Shown here: positions 42,840 to 53,062 of the stretch, in pieces
How the letters are laid out: each line of letters begins with the position of its first letter
Numbering within the stretch: the stretch's first letter is position 1
From: an uncultured Candidatus Rokubacteria bacterium
Lineage (GTDB): Bacteria > Methylomirabilota > Methylomirabilia > Rokubacteriales > DASRDR01
Direction of reading: 5' to 3'
NCBI GenBank assembly: GCA_963708025.1
Contig: CAVPSB010000014.1
Span: 1-64,000, forward strand
Length of the DNA: 64,000 bases
Program-made: the position numbers and the translations under genes
The notes under the pieces: generated by a model
Told to the model about the DNA's origin: nothing
The model's database searches: none
What the model saw: only the letters and a program-made list of their open reading frames with translations

Positions 42840-43322
42840 ATGCCTGCCAACGGTCCCTCACAGGCGGAGCGTGGCTATGTCATTCAGCAGGAAGTGCACG
42901 GGGCAGTGCTGACGTACGATCGGGCTGGTCACATCATCGACAAACCAGCCAGCACCACACAGGACGCCGGACCCTTCTCCCACTTGGAGATCCGATTGAA
43001 CAGGGCGAGCGAGACCTGGCGGCAAGTTGAAACCGCCCATACTCCCGGTGACAAAGTTCACATCAAGGTAGCTGGAGCGGAAGGGGGGTTCACGTACAAG
43101 ATCAAGCGGGATCTTACGTTCGATCGAACTCGTCCACCTGTGTCGGGGCAGGTCTCGGAGCTTCGCGTGAGGGTCAATTCGGGTAACGAGGAATCCGTGA
43201 TCGATATCTTCCAGGGTTGCGGCCCGGACGATGACGTGGTCTTCATTGTCACACAGAGCAGCCCCACCTGCCGGTACCGGCTGAACCAAGCCACCGGCCA
43301 ATGGGAGCGCGTCTGCGGCTGA
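42840..43322 (+). CDS. Hypothetical protein ending in a Cys-x14-Cys loop
   Basis: GAGGAG RBS; C-terminus VVFIVTQSSPTCRYRLNQATGQWERVCG. Confidence 0.7.
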   Translation: MPANGPSQAERGYVIQQEVHGAVLTYDRAGHIIDKPASTTQDAGPFSHLEIRLNRASETWRQVETAHTPGDKVHIKVAGAEGGFTYKIKRDLTFDRTRPPVSGQVSELRVRVNSGNEESVIDIFQGCGPDDDVVFIVTQSSPTCRYRLNQATGQWERVCG

Positions 43323-43703
43323 GTCGGAACGCGAGCACCTAGGCACCGGGGAGCATCGTTTCCGGTCACTGCTCAGGAGACCGGTGTCGGGAATCTCCTC
43401 CTGAGGATGCGTGCGCCGGACTGGCGATCGCCGCGGCCACTCGGGGCGGGAGTGGGAGTACAGGACTGTAGGCAGATGGTAGATGGCAGTGCTCGGCCGG
43501 TACAACGCTGTCGGTGTCAACATCGTCGGCATCGTGTTCGTCAAGAGTGAGAACGGCCCGGCCACCTGCTCGGCGTGGCTCGGAACTCGTGAAGTATACT
43601 TGGTCATGCTGAGCGAGAGCCACGCCTGATCGGAATATCGGCGGCTGGGCCCGGCGCTGTCACGCAGCCCGGGCCCGGACCGCGTCAGCCAGGGAGGCCA
43701 CTC

Positions 43704-45137
43704 GTGCCCGACCGGGATCTCTGCTTCACCCCCGCCACCGAGCTGGTCCGGCTGTTCCGCGCGCGGAAGGCGTCGCCGCTCGAGGTCATGCAGGCGGTGC
43801 TGGCGCGCATCGACGCCGTGAACCCCCGGCTCAACGCCTACGTCACGCTGGCCCGGGAGTCGGCGCTGGCCGGTGCCCGGGCCGCGACCCGGGCGCTCAA
43901 GCGCGGCGCCAAGCTGCCGCCGCTCCACGGCGTGCCGGTGTCGATCAAGGACCTGACGCCGACCAAGGGCCTCCGCACGACCTGGGGGTCGAAGATCTAC
44001 GCCGACCACGTGCCCGACGAGGACGCGCTGATCGTCCAGCGCCTGAAGGCGGCCGGCGCCATCGTCGTGGGCAAGACCAACACGCCGGAGTTCGGGGCGG
44101 GCGGGAACACCTTCAACGCCGTGTTCGGCGCGACGCGGAACCCGTGGAACCCCGCGCTGACCTGCGGGGGCTCGAGCGGCGGCGCCGCCGTGGCGCTGGC
44201 CACCGGGATGGGGCCGCTGGCCCAGGGCTCGGACCTGGGCGGCTCGCTGCGGATGCCCGCGGCCTTCTGCGGCGTGGTCGGGTTCCGGACGACGGCGGGG
44301 CTCGTCCCGGTCTACCCGAAGGAGCTGGGCTGGGACGGGCTCGCCGTCTCCGGCCCGATGGCGCGGACGATCGCCGACATCGCGCTCATGCTCTCGGTCA
44401 TCGCGGGCCCCGACGACCGGGCGCCGCTCTCCTACGCGGTGGACACCCGGGAGTTCCCGCGGGCCGTGAAGGCGCCGTCGGTCAAGGGCTGGCGGGTCGC
44501 CTGGACGCCCGACCTGAACGGCCTGATCCCGGTGGACTCCGAGGTGATCCGGGTCGCGGAGGGCGCGACGCGCGTCTTCCGGTCGCTGGGCGCCCGGGTC
44601 GAGGCCGCCTGCTGCGACTTCTCGGAGGTGGAGGAGATCGTCATGGCCACCCGGGGCCTGTCGATGGTCGCGCTCCACGCGGACAAGCTCCCCCGCTGGA
44701 AGGCCGAGATGCAGCCGGGCCTGGTCTGGAACATCGAGCAGGGGCTGGGCCTCACGCCCCAGGCCATCGCGCGGGGCGAGAAGGCCCGCACGGCGCTCTG
44801 GCACCGGGTGCGGACGTTCATGGAGGGCTACGACCTCCTGATCCTCCCGACCACGGCGGTGACGCCGTTCCCGGTCGAGCAGCCCTATCCGACCGAGCTC
44901 GACGGGAAGCCGCTCGACAACTACATCCAGTGGGCCTACCTGACCTACGGCATCACGGTGACCGGGCTCCCGGTGATCTCGGTCCCGTGCGGGTTCACGC
45001 GGGCCGGCCTGCCGGTCGGCCTGCAGATCGTGGGGCGCCGGCGCCAGGAGACGGCGGTGCTGCGGGCGGCGGCCGCCTTCGAGGCGGCGGCGCCGTGGGC
45101 CGATCGGATCCCGCCGGTGGTCCCGGGAAGGGCGTGA
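43704..45137 (+). CDS. Amidase-signature family amidase
   Basis: GVPVSIKD, GKTNTPEFG, GGSSGGAA, GSDLGGSLR. Confidence 0.95.
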   Translation: MPDRDLCFTPATELVRLFRARKASPLEVMQAVLARIDAVNPRLNAYVTLARESALAGARAATRALKRGAKLPPLHGVPVSIKDLTPTKGLRTTWGSKIYADHVPDEDALIVQRLKAAGAIVVGKTNTPEFGAGGNTFNAVFGATRNPWNPALTCGGSSGGAAVALATGMGPLAQGSDLGGSLRMPAAFCGVVGFRTTAGLVPVYPKELGWDGLAVSGPMARTIADIALMLSVIAGPDDRAPLSYAVDTREFPRAVKAPSVKGWRVAWTPDLNGLIPVDSEVIRVAEGATRVFRSLGARVEAACCDFSEVEEIVMATRGLSMVALHADKLPRWKAEMQPGLVWNIEQGLGLTPQAIARGEKARTALWHRVRTFMEGYDLLILPTTAVTPFPVEQPYPTELDGKPLDNYIQWAYLTYGITVTGLPVISVPCGFTRAGLPVGLQIVGRRRQETAVLRAAAAFEAAAPWADRIPPVVPGRA

Positions 45138-45144
45138 GCCGTCG

Positions 45145-46092
45145 ATGACCGCCGACCGAGCGCACCGACTCGACGCCAGCCTGGTCCACTACGAGTGGAA
45201 CAACGCGATCCCCCCGCGCCTGACCATCGGGCCCGGCGACACGGTCGTGGTCGACACCCGGGACGCCGCCGACGGCTACTACACCCTCGACTCCACCGAC
45301 GCCGACGTCGCCGCCCGCGGCGCGTTCCGGGGCCACCCCCTGACCGGCCCGATCCGGGTCGAGGGCGCCCGGCCCGGCGATGCGCTGGCCGTGGAGATCC
45401 TGGAGGTGCGCCCGGCGACCTTCGGCTGGACCCATATCCGCCCGGGGCGCGGTCTCCTGCCGGAGGTCGAGTTCCCGAAGCCGTTCCTCCAGCTCTGGGA
45501 CCTCGGCGACCGGACCCACGCCCGGATGCGCGGGCGGCGGAAGCCGGCGGTGGCCGTCCCGATGGCGCCGTTTCCCGGGGTCCTGGGTGTCGCCCTCGAC
45601 GAGCCGGGCGGCCACAGCACGATGCCGCCCCGGAAGAACGGCGGCAACATGGACATCCGGCAGGTCACGGCGGGCTCGACGGTCTACCTGCCGGTCTGGG
45701 TCGAGGGGGCGCTCCTGAGCGTCGGCGACGCCCACGCGGTCCAGGGCGACGGCGAGGTGTGCATCAGCGCGGTCGAGATGTCGGCGCAGGTCACGATGCG
45801 GGTCGGCCTCCAGCCGGGCCGGTCGCTCTACGAGCCCCAGCTCCGCACCCGCGGCCCGCTGGCCGTGGACGGCGGGCCCTACTTCGTGACGACCGCGCAC
45901 GGTCCCGACCTCTTCCCGGCCGCCCAGCAGGCGATCCGCTACATGGTCGACCACCTGGTCGCCGAGCGCGGCCTCTCCCGCGAGGAGGCGTACGTCGTCT
46001 GCAGCGTGGCGGTCGATCTCAAGATCAGCGAGATCGTCGACGCGCCGAACTGGATCGTCTCGGCTTTCCTGCCGGAAGCGATCTTCGCGTAG
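45145..46092 (+). CDS. Acetamidase/formamidase family
   Basis: HPLTGPI.VEGA.PGD, GGNMD, GDAHAVQGDGEV. Confidence 0.93.
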   Translation: MTADRAHRLDASLVHYEWNNAIPPRLTIGPGDTVVVDTRDAADGYYTLDSTDADVAARGAFRGHPLTGPIRVEGARPGDALAVEILEVRPATFGWTHIRPGRGLLPEVEFPKPFLQLWDLGDRTHARMRGRRKPAVAVPMAPFPGVLGVALDEPGGHSTMPPRKNGGNMDIRQVTAGSTVYLPVWVEGALLSVGDAHAVQGDGEVCISAVEMSAQVTMRVGLQPGRSLYEPQLRTRGPLAVDGGPYFVTTAHGPDLFPAAQQAIRYMVDHLVAERGLSREEAYVVCSVAVDLKISEIVDAPNWIVSAFLPEAIFA

Positions 46093-46183
46093 CCGCCGCG
46101 CCCGGTTGTTCGCGGACACGCCGCCGCGGTACAGTGGCTCCACCGCGTGGCGCGGTTCACCAACCAACCGACAGGAGGGCGGC

Positions 46184-46507
46184 GTGATCTACGAGATGCG
46201 GATGTACGAGGTGCTGCCGGGCCGGATGCCGGCCATGCACGCGCGCTTCCAGAACCACACCCTCGGCTTCTTCAGGAAGCACGGCATCAAGGTGATCGGC
46301 TTCTGGGAGGCGGAGATCGGCACCAGCGGCGTGCTGAACTACCTGGTCGCCTTCGACGACCTCGCCCACCGCGAGCGCGCGTGGGCCGCCTTCCGGTCGG
46401 ACAAGGACTGGCAGCGGGTCCGCGACGAGTCCCATCGGGACGGTCAGATCGTGGCCCGCATCCGCAGCGAGATCTGGCAACCGACCCCGTACTCGCCGCT
46501 CCAGTAA
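46184..46507 (+). CDS. NIPSNAP-family protein
   Basis: IYEMRMY, RERAWAAFRSDKDW, PTPYSPLQ. Confidence 0.9.
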   Translation: MIYEMRMYEVLPGRMPAMHARFQNHTLGFFRKHGIKVIGFWEAEIGTSGVLNYLVAFDDLAHRERAWAAFRSDKDWQRVRDESHRDGQIVARIRSEIWQPTPYSPLQ

Positions 46508-46551
46508 CCACGACGACCGACCACCCGCCACCACCCGAAGGAGGTCTTCCC

Positions 46552-46827
46552 ATGGCCGTGTACATGGTCGAGCGAGAGCTGAAGGGCATCACGATGGACC
46601 AGCTGGCCGCCGCCCAGAAGAAGGCGATCGAGACGGGGAAGCAGATGACCGCGCAGGGGAAGAAGGTCCGCTACATCCGGAGCACCTTCGTTCCGGGCGA
46701 GGCGCGCTGCATGTGCCTGTTCGAGGCGCCGAACCCGGAGGTCGTGAAGGAGCTGAACGAGACCGCCAAGATCCCGTTCTCGCGGGTCGTCGAGGCGATG
46801 GACCTGACCCCGAGCGGGTCGGCGTAG
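46552..46827 (+). CDS. DUF4242-family protein
   Basis: YMVER, VRYIRS, CMCLFEAPN.E.V...N. Confidence 0.85.
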   Translation: MAVYMVERELKGITMDQLAAAQKKAIETGKQMTAQGKKVRYIRSTFVPGEARCMCLFEAPNPEVVKELNETAKIPFSRVVEAMDLTPSGSA

Positions 46828-46837
46828 GACGGATCGG

Positions 46838-46884
46838 CCCCACCCTCACCCCACCCCTCTCCCTCCCGAGGGAGGGAGAGGGAG
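46838..46884. repeat. REP-like hairpin between convergent genes
   Basis: CCCTCACCCCACCCCTCTCCCTCCCGAGGGAGGGAGAGGG; close copy at 52998-53046. Confidence 0.8.
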
Positions 46885-46891
46885 CGGAGAG

Positions 46892-47485
46892 TCACCTCTT
46901 GCGTTTCTTGGGCGCGGTCTTGCGTGCCGCTACTCGGACCGCGCGTTTCGGGGCCGGCGGCCGGGGCGGCTTGCGTCGGGCCTTGAGCAGGCCGCGGATG
47001 TAGGACGCCTCGCCGGCGTGCAGGTGGCAGTCCGTCAGGATGCTCACGAGGCGGACGCCGACCGTCGGCAACGGTCGCTGCCACGGCTCGTCCAGCTCGC
47101 GGTCGAGCTCCGAGGCGGCGAGCGCGCCCAGGTACTGCTTCGTCCGCTCCACCGTGGCCCGCAGGTAGTCGAGCTGGATCTTCGCGCTGGGAGACCTGAA
47201 GGCTCGCACCTGCGCCGCGGTGTGCTGGTACCCCGAATCCTCGGGGTCGGGGGGCCGCCCGAACTTCGCGTGCCAGCCGTCGCGCGTCCAGAGCGACGCC
47301 TCGCCCATGAGGTCGGCGATCTGGCCGTCCTGCACCCGGGTCAGGTGCCAGGCCGTCCAGCCGATGCTGTTGCAGTCCGGGTGGGGCTGCCAGTCGAGAT
47401 CAGCCGCGGGAAGGCCGCGTAGCACCCCCTCCATCAGCTCCGGCAACCGGTCGTAGCCGTCCACGATCAGCTCGCGCCATTCCAC
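46892..47485 (-). CDS. DinB-family protein
   Basis: NSIGWTAWHLTRVQD, VGVRLVSILTDCHLHAGE. Confidence 0.85.
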   Translation of the reverse strand: MEWRELIVDGYDRLPELMEGVLRGLPAADLDWQPHPDCNSIGWTAWHLTRVQDGQIADLMGEASLWTRDGWHAKFGRPPDPEDSGYQHTAAQVRAFRSPSAKIQLDYLRATVERTKQYLGALAASELDRELDEPWQRPLPTVGVRLVSILTDCHLHAGEASYIRGLLKARRKPPRPPAPKRAVRVAARKTAPKKRKR

Positions 47486-47606
47486 GCCCTGCTCCTTGGC
47501 TGGCTGTTTCGGTCGCACGAGGTTGAAGCGGCTGCCCGCACTTGTAGCGCGACGTCTGGCCGCGGTCAAGACCCCGAGCGGCAGCGGGCGGCGGCGGGTG
47601 TCCGGG

Positions 47607-48734
47607 CTAGGGCTTGGCCGGACAGGCGGCCTTCAGCGCGGCCCACCCCTCGGGCGACAGCAGCGGCGTCGGGGGGGCGGCGGGCGCGGCGGCGGCGAGG
47701 GCTCGCAGGCCCGCGATCCGCGCCTCGGTCGCCGGATGCGTGGAGACGTAGGCCAGGGCGCCGGGAAGCTTCAGCTCGGTCTGCCGGAGTGACTCGAAGA
47801 AGGCGATCATCCCCCTCGGGTCGATGCCGGCGGACCGGAGCAGCCGGAGTCCCTCGACGTCCGCCTCCTCCTCGTTCTGGCGGCTGTAGCGAAGCGTCCC
47901 GAGCGTGCGGGCGGCCTCGACGGCGTAGGCGGCCGTGCCGGTGGCGTCGCCGGTCACCGCGGCCAGCAGGATCCCGGCGGACGCGTGCTGGAAGAGCGCG
48001 CGGGTGACGTGGCGCCGGAGGACGTGCTGCACCTCGTGCGCAAGGACGCCGGCCATCTCTTCCGGGCTATTCGCCCGCTCGATCAGGCCCCGGTAGACGA
48101 CGACGTACCCGCCGGGGGCCGCGAACGCATTCACCGGCTTCCGGTCGACCGCGAAGACGCGGAAAGTGTACGGCGAACCGGGGACCGCGGACGTCAGCCT
48201 CGTCACGATCGCCTCGAGCTGCCGGATCCCCTCCGCGCCGGTGCACCGCTCCCGGACGGGCGCGAACTGCTCCACCACGCTGCGGCCGAGCTGCTCCTCC
48301 CACGACACCGGCACCCGGGCGGCGACGACCGACGCGGCGAAGGGGATCACCCACAGATAGAGGACGGCGGCGGTGGCGATGGCCGCGACGCCTGCGGCCA
48401 GGACGAGGGGGATGCGCCGCCGGCGCCGGGCCGGGTCGTGGAAGTGACGGGCGGCGCGGGGCGCGATGCGGTGGAGGGCGGTGAGGACGCCGACGTCCGG
48501 GATCAGGAGGGCTTCGGCCAGCTCGCCGCCGTGCTCGAGCCGGACCAGCTCACCCGCGTAGGTGCCCTGCGTCTGCCGGATCTCGCCGTACGGCCACCAG
48601 AGCCGGGCCCCGTCCTCGGTCACGATCTCCAGGCCGGTGGGCTGGAGATGGACCCGGGCGCGCTGGCGGGCGGCCGTCCGGCCGTCCAGGTAGTGCGCGT
48701 CCCACTCCCGGGCGACGGCGGCCGGCCGCGTCAC
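47607..48734 (-). CDS. M48-family metallopeptidase
   Basis: VNAFAAPGG, VLAHEVQH, YSR..E.EAD, STHP. Confidence 0.92.
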   Translation of the reverse strand: MTRPAAVAREWDAHYLDGRTAARQRARVHLQPTGLEIVTEDGARLWWPYGEIRQTQGTYAGELVRLEHGGELAEALLIPDVGVLTALHRIAPRAARHFHDPARRRRRIPLVLAAGVAAIATAAVLYLWVIPFAASVVAARVPVSWEEQLGRSVVEQFAPVRERCTGAEGIRQLEAIVTRLTSAVPGSPYTFRVFAVDRKPVNAFAAPGGYVVVYRGLIERANSPEEMAGVLAHEVQHVLRRHVTRALFQHASAGILLAAVTGDATGTAAYAVEAARTLGTLRYSRQNEEEADVEGLRLLRSAGIDPRGMIAFFESLRQTELKLPGALAYVSTHPATEARIAGLRALAAAAPAAPPTPLLSPEGWAALKAACPAKP

Positions 48735-49849
48735 CCGTCGAGGTCGAGTCCCGCGTCGAGGAAGCCGGCCAGCCCTTCGCCGGTCGCCGACGCCGGCTGG
48801 GCCTCCTGGGCGATGCCGTCCAGGTCGAGGGGGCCGGCGAGCGCGAGGTACTGGAAGGTGAACCGCGTCGTCCGCACCATCACCCACGGCAAGGCGAAGC
48901 CGAGCGTCAGCAGGAGGAGCAGGAGGTTCACGGCGTGCAGCCCGAAGAGCCCGCCGCCGGTCACCGTGGAGCGGAAGCGGGCGCCGCCGAAGGAGGTGTG
49001 GTCCCACATGTACCGCTGCCGGCGCGCCCGGAACCAGAACCAGTAGAGGCCGAGCGTCGGGAGCCACAGCAGGAATGCCACGGCGTAGATCCGGAAGAGG
49101 TCGCGCGGGCTCCCGTCGAACGCGAAGCGCCGGCTCCCGAAGTACGAGTGGGACACCAGGAACGTCTGTCGGCGCGCCACGAACACGGGATAGTACAGGC
49201 CGAGGGTGACCAGCGTCAGGAGCCCGCCCTTCAGGAAGAGCTTCATGAAGTCGAGGGCCCGACCCCGGAAGGAGAAGCGGATGCCGCGCCAGGAGGTGCG
49301 GCTCAGGCGATAGCGTCGGGCGCCGACGATGGCGAAGGGGATCAGCACGCCGATGATCGCATACGCCAGCACGATGGCGCCGACCGTCAGCCAGACGTCG
49401 AGCTCGAGCGACGGGACCACGTTGAGGATGAGGGCCGGCACCATGAAGAGCAGGCCGGCCTTCAGCGTGCCGTTGAGCAGCTCCCGGCCGGTGCCGTGAT
49501 ACGCGAAGCGATCGCCCTCGAGCTCGGTCTGGCTCATGAGATAGCGGCGGATCCGCACCTTCGCCCAGAAGCTGTAGATGCCGAGGGTGACGAGCGACAG
49601 CAAGACGGTGACGACGAAGATGCCGAACAGCGCCGCGCCCGTGCCGTGGAAGGTGAGGTGGTGCTCGGGGCCGCCGGACGCGGGCGGGGTCGCGGCCGCG
49701 GTCGCGGGCGTCGGGGGCGGCGCCGCCCGGGGCGGTGCCCCCCGGGGCGGGGCGGCGTCCCCCCACAGGCTTCCCATCGCCGCCGTCGGGTCGATCGGTG
49801 CGGTGCGCTTGCCGGCCCGGGTGTCGGTTCCGCCTGATGGCTCCGCCAT
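48731..49849 (-). CDS. YjgN/DUF898 membrane protein
   Basis: TLGIYSFWAKVR, F.YHGTG.EL, SRTSWRGIRF. Confidence 0.92.
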   Translation of the reverse strand: MAEPSGGTDTRAGKRTAPIDPTAAMGSLWGDAAPPRGAPPRAAPPPTPATAAATPPASGGPEHHLTFHGTGAALFGIFVVTVLLSLVTLGIYSFWAKVRIRRYLMSQTELEGDRFAYHGTGRELLNGTLKAGLLFMVPALILNVVPSLELDVWLTVGAIVLAYAIIGVLIPFAIVGARRYRLSRTSWRGIRFSFRGRALDFMKLFLKGGLLTLVTLGLYYPVFVARRQTFLVSHSYFGSRRFAFDGSPRDLFRIYAVAFLLWLPTLGLYWFWFRARRQRYMWDHTSFGGARFRSTVTGGGLFGLHAVNLLLLLLTLGFALPWVMVRTTRFTFQYLALAGPLDLDGIAQEAQPASATGEGLAGFLDAGLDLDG

Positions 49850-50035
49850 GACATGGCCCTCCCTGGCCCACGTGTGGAACCTCCGTCGGGTGGCGGCACT
49901 CTAGCGGGTGGGGCCCGACGGAGTCAAGTTTTCGGGCGGTCCCGGGCTGGACGGTCGCGGGACAGGCGCGCGGACGGGCCTGGGTCCGCGGTGGGTCGGG
50001 GAGGGCGGCCTCCCGGGCGCGAGGAGCGCCGAAGA

Positions 50036-51716
50036 TCAGGGGATCGGGACCGGGCCCTCCATGACGACGTCCACGAGCGACGGCCCCTCGTGGGCGAGCG
50101 CGTCGCGCAGGGCGGGCGCCAGCTCGTCCGGGTGCTCCACGCGCCGGCCGGGCACGCCCATCGACTCCGCCATCCGATCGAAGCGCAGCTCGGGGTCGGT
50201 GAGGTCCATGCCGATGAACCGCCGGTCCCGCGCCGCCGTCCCCAGGTACTCCACCATGTTCAGCTTGAGGATGCGATAGGACGCGTTGTTGAGCATGACG
50301 AAGGTGGCCGGGATCCGATGGTGGGCGGCGGTCCACAGGGCGGTGATGCTGTACATGGCGGCGCCGTCGGAGCACACCCCGACCACCTTGCGGGAGGGCT
50401 GGGCGAGCTGGGCGCCCAGCGTTCCGGGCAGCCCGGGCCCGATGCCGCCGCCCCGCGACCGCATCAGGCGGCCGGGCGCGGTCGGCGACATCGCGGCCGC
50501 CAGGTGGTGCGCGTTGGTGATGGCCTCCGCGAACACCATGGCGTCGTCCGGCAGCGCGTGGCGGATCTCGTGCATCAGGCGGGGGGCGCTGATGGGTTTG
50601 GCGTCCCAGCTCTTCTTGGCCTCCTCCCAGTAGCGGGCGCGCTGGGCCCGGGTCCGCTCGCCGATGCGGGCCGCGCGCTCGGCGGCCACGCCGGCCTGGG
50701 CGGGCGTACGGAGGCGCCCGACCTGCTCGGCCAGCTCGGCCAGGGCCGCCTTGGGATCGGCGAGCAGCGCGACGTCGGGGGTGAAGTTCTTGCCGATCTC
50801 CCAGGCGTCGAGGTCGATCTGGATGACCCGGGCGCCGGGCGGGAGCGGGCTCCGCTCGGGCTCGGGGAAGATCAGCCGGAAGAGCGGCGCGCCGACCACG
50901 AGGAGCACGTCGCACCCCTCCAGGATGGCGCGCACCGGGCCCGGCCCGACGAAGTTGACGCTGCCCAGGTAGAGCGGGTGCTTGGTCGAGACGTTGAACT
51001 CGGAGGCGTAGCACTCGAAGATCGGGGCGCCGAGCGCTTCGGCGACCGCCGCCACCTCGGGCTGGGCCTCGGCCAGGGCCACGCTGTCGCCGACCATCAG
51101 CATGGGACGCTCGGCCGCCAGCAAGAGCCGCGCCACCTCCGTCATGGCCGCGGGGTTGACCCGCCCGCGCCAGTTCGTGAACGTCGTCGGCACGATGTTC
51201 GACCTCGGCCTCGCCGTCGAGGACGTCGAGGGGGAGCGAGAGGAAGACCGGTCCCGGGGGCGGCTCCATGGCGGTCTTGAAGGCGCGCCGCAGCGCGCGC
51301 GGCACGTCGTGGGCGTGCTGGACCTCCGCCGCCCACTTGGTCAGGGGGCGCGCCATCTCGACCAGGGGGCTCGACAGGAGCGGCTCCTGGAGCGCGGCGC
51401 TGCTCGGCGAGTGGCCGGCGTAGACCACCATCGGGGTCTTCCCGGTCCGCGCGTTGTAGATCATTCCCAGGGCGTTCCCGAGCCCGGGGCCGGTGTGGAC
51501 CTCGACGAAGGCCGGACGGCGCGCGGCGCGCGCGTAGGCGTCGGCCATCCCGACGGCGACGCCCTCGTGGAGGGCCAGGATGAACTCGACCTGCGGATAC
51601 TCCTGGAGGACGTCCATGAAGCCCTGCTCGGTGGTGCCGGGGTTGCCGAAGACGTACCGCACCCCGTCGGCGACGAGCTGCTCCACGAGCGCGCGCTTTC
51701 CGGTCAATCGTGCCAC
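50036..51716 (-). CDS. TPP-dependent enzyme, benzoylformate decarboxylase-like (frameshift near 51195)
   Basis: VFGNPGTTE, LHEGVAVGMADAY, SDGAAMY...NN. Confidence 0.9.
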
Positions 51717-51875
51717 GATGATGTCTCCTCGGTGAGGGGCCCCCGAAGCCGAGGACGCTCACCGCCATGTCGGTCCGGCCGAGCTGCCGTCGCTCCATCG
51801 CTGAGGGTGGATCGTAGCACGGCCCCTCGGGCCGCGCTGACGCCCTCCGGCGCCGGCCTCGTGTACGATGGCGAG

Positions 51876-52982
51876 GTGCTGCCCCGGTTCGGTCTGAACC
51901 GCTTCGAGGCCCGCTCGGTGGAGGCGTTCGCCGCGGACGTGCGCCGGGCGGAGACGCTCGGGTGGGATGCGGCGTTCCAGCCGGACTCCCAGCTCCGGCG
52001 CCGCGACACCTACGTCTTGCTGGCGGCGGCGGCCCGGGCGACCGAGCGCATCGTGCTGGGGCCGCTGCTCGCGAATCCCGTGAACCGGCACCCCACGGTG
52101 ACCGCGTCGTCGATCGCGACGATCGACGAGCTGGCCCCCGGGCGCACGCTGCTCGGCTGGGGCGTCGGCGACACCGCCGTCCGGCTGGCCGGGCTCCGGC
52201 CGGCGCGCGTCGAGGAGCTCGAGGCGAGCACGCGGCTGATGCGCGCGCTCCTGGACGGCGAGCCGGTTGACGTCGGGGCGGCGCGGCCCGCGCGGCTGCC
52301 GCACCACCGGCCGGTGCCGATCTGGATCGCGGCGGGGGGCCCCCGCACGCTGCGGATGGCCGGCGGCGTGGCCGATGGCGTCTTCATCCGCGTCGGCACG
52401 CATCCGGCGAACATCGCGAGCGCCGTCGAGGCGGTCCGCGCCGGCGCCGTCGACGCCGGGCGGGACCCGGCGGCCGTCCGCCTGGGCGCCGTGTTCCACA
52501 CCGTGCTGGTGGACGACGCGGAGCGCGCGCTGGCGATGGCCCGGTCCATGGCGGCCGGCTACTACGAGTACTCGCCGACGCTCTTCGCCGCCCCGGGTCT
52601 CGCCTGGGCGGGCCCGGACCCGGAGACGCTCAAGCGCCAGCACGGGGTCTGGCCCGACTTCCACCACGCGCCGGACCTCGAGGCCAGCGGGCACGCCGTC
52701 GGCTTCCTGCCCGACCGCGCCGCCGATGCGTTCAGCCTGCGGGGCGGGCCGGCCGAGGTCGCCGAGCGGCTGACCGCCCTGCTCCGCGCGGCGCCGGCCC
52801 GGTTCGACCACGTCGTCCTGCAGCCGATCCCGAGCCCGCCGGAGCCCGACGATCCCGAGCGCGGGTACATGACGCGGATGGCGCGCGAGGTGCTGCCTCG
52901 CGTGCGCGGGGCGAGGCCGGTCGCCGGGCCCCTAGCCCGGAGCTTCTTTTCCCTCTCCCCCAAAGGGGGAGAGGGAGGGTGA
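51876..52982 (+). CDS. LLM-class flavin-dependent oxidoreductase
   Basis: NPVNRHPTVTASSIATIDELAPGR, PIWIAAGGPRTL..AG.VADG. Confidence 0.9.
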   Translation: MLPRFGLNRFEARSVEAFAADVRRAETLGWDAAFQPDSQLRRRDTYVLLAAAARATERIVLGPLLANPVNRHPTVTASSIATIDELAPGRTLLGWGVGDTAVRLAGLRPARVEELEASTRLMRALLDGEPVDVGAARPARLPHHRPVPIWIAAGGPRTLRMAGGVADGVFIRVGTHPANIASAVEAVRAGAVDAGRDPAAVRLGAVFHTVLVDDAERALAMARSMAAGYYEYSPTLFAAPGLAWAGPDPETLKRQHGVWPDFHHAPDLEASGHAVGFLPDRAADAFSLRGGPAEVAERLTALLRAAPARFDHVVLQPIPSPPEPDDPERGYMTRMAREVLPRVRGARPVAGPLARSFFSLSPKGGEGG

Positions 52983-53046
52983 GGGGTAAAGCGTCGTGCC
53001 CCACCCTCACCCCAACCCTCTCCCTCCCCGAGGGAGGGAGAGGGAG
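52950..53046. repeat. Inverted pair of REP-like hairpins between convergent genes
   Basis: TCCCTCTCCCCCAAAGGGGGAGAGGGAGGGTGAGGGG followed by CCCTCACCCCAACCCTCTCCC...GGGAGAGGG. Confidence 0.8.
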
Positions 53047-53062
53047 CGGAAGGGAAGGGAAG

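Noticed and set aside
47607-51716. 1369-aa ORF as one giant protein
   Set aside because: Artefact of an indel near 51195 plus high-GC read-through joining the TPP-enzyme start to the M48 peptidase
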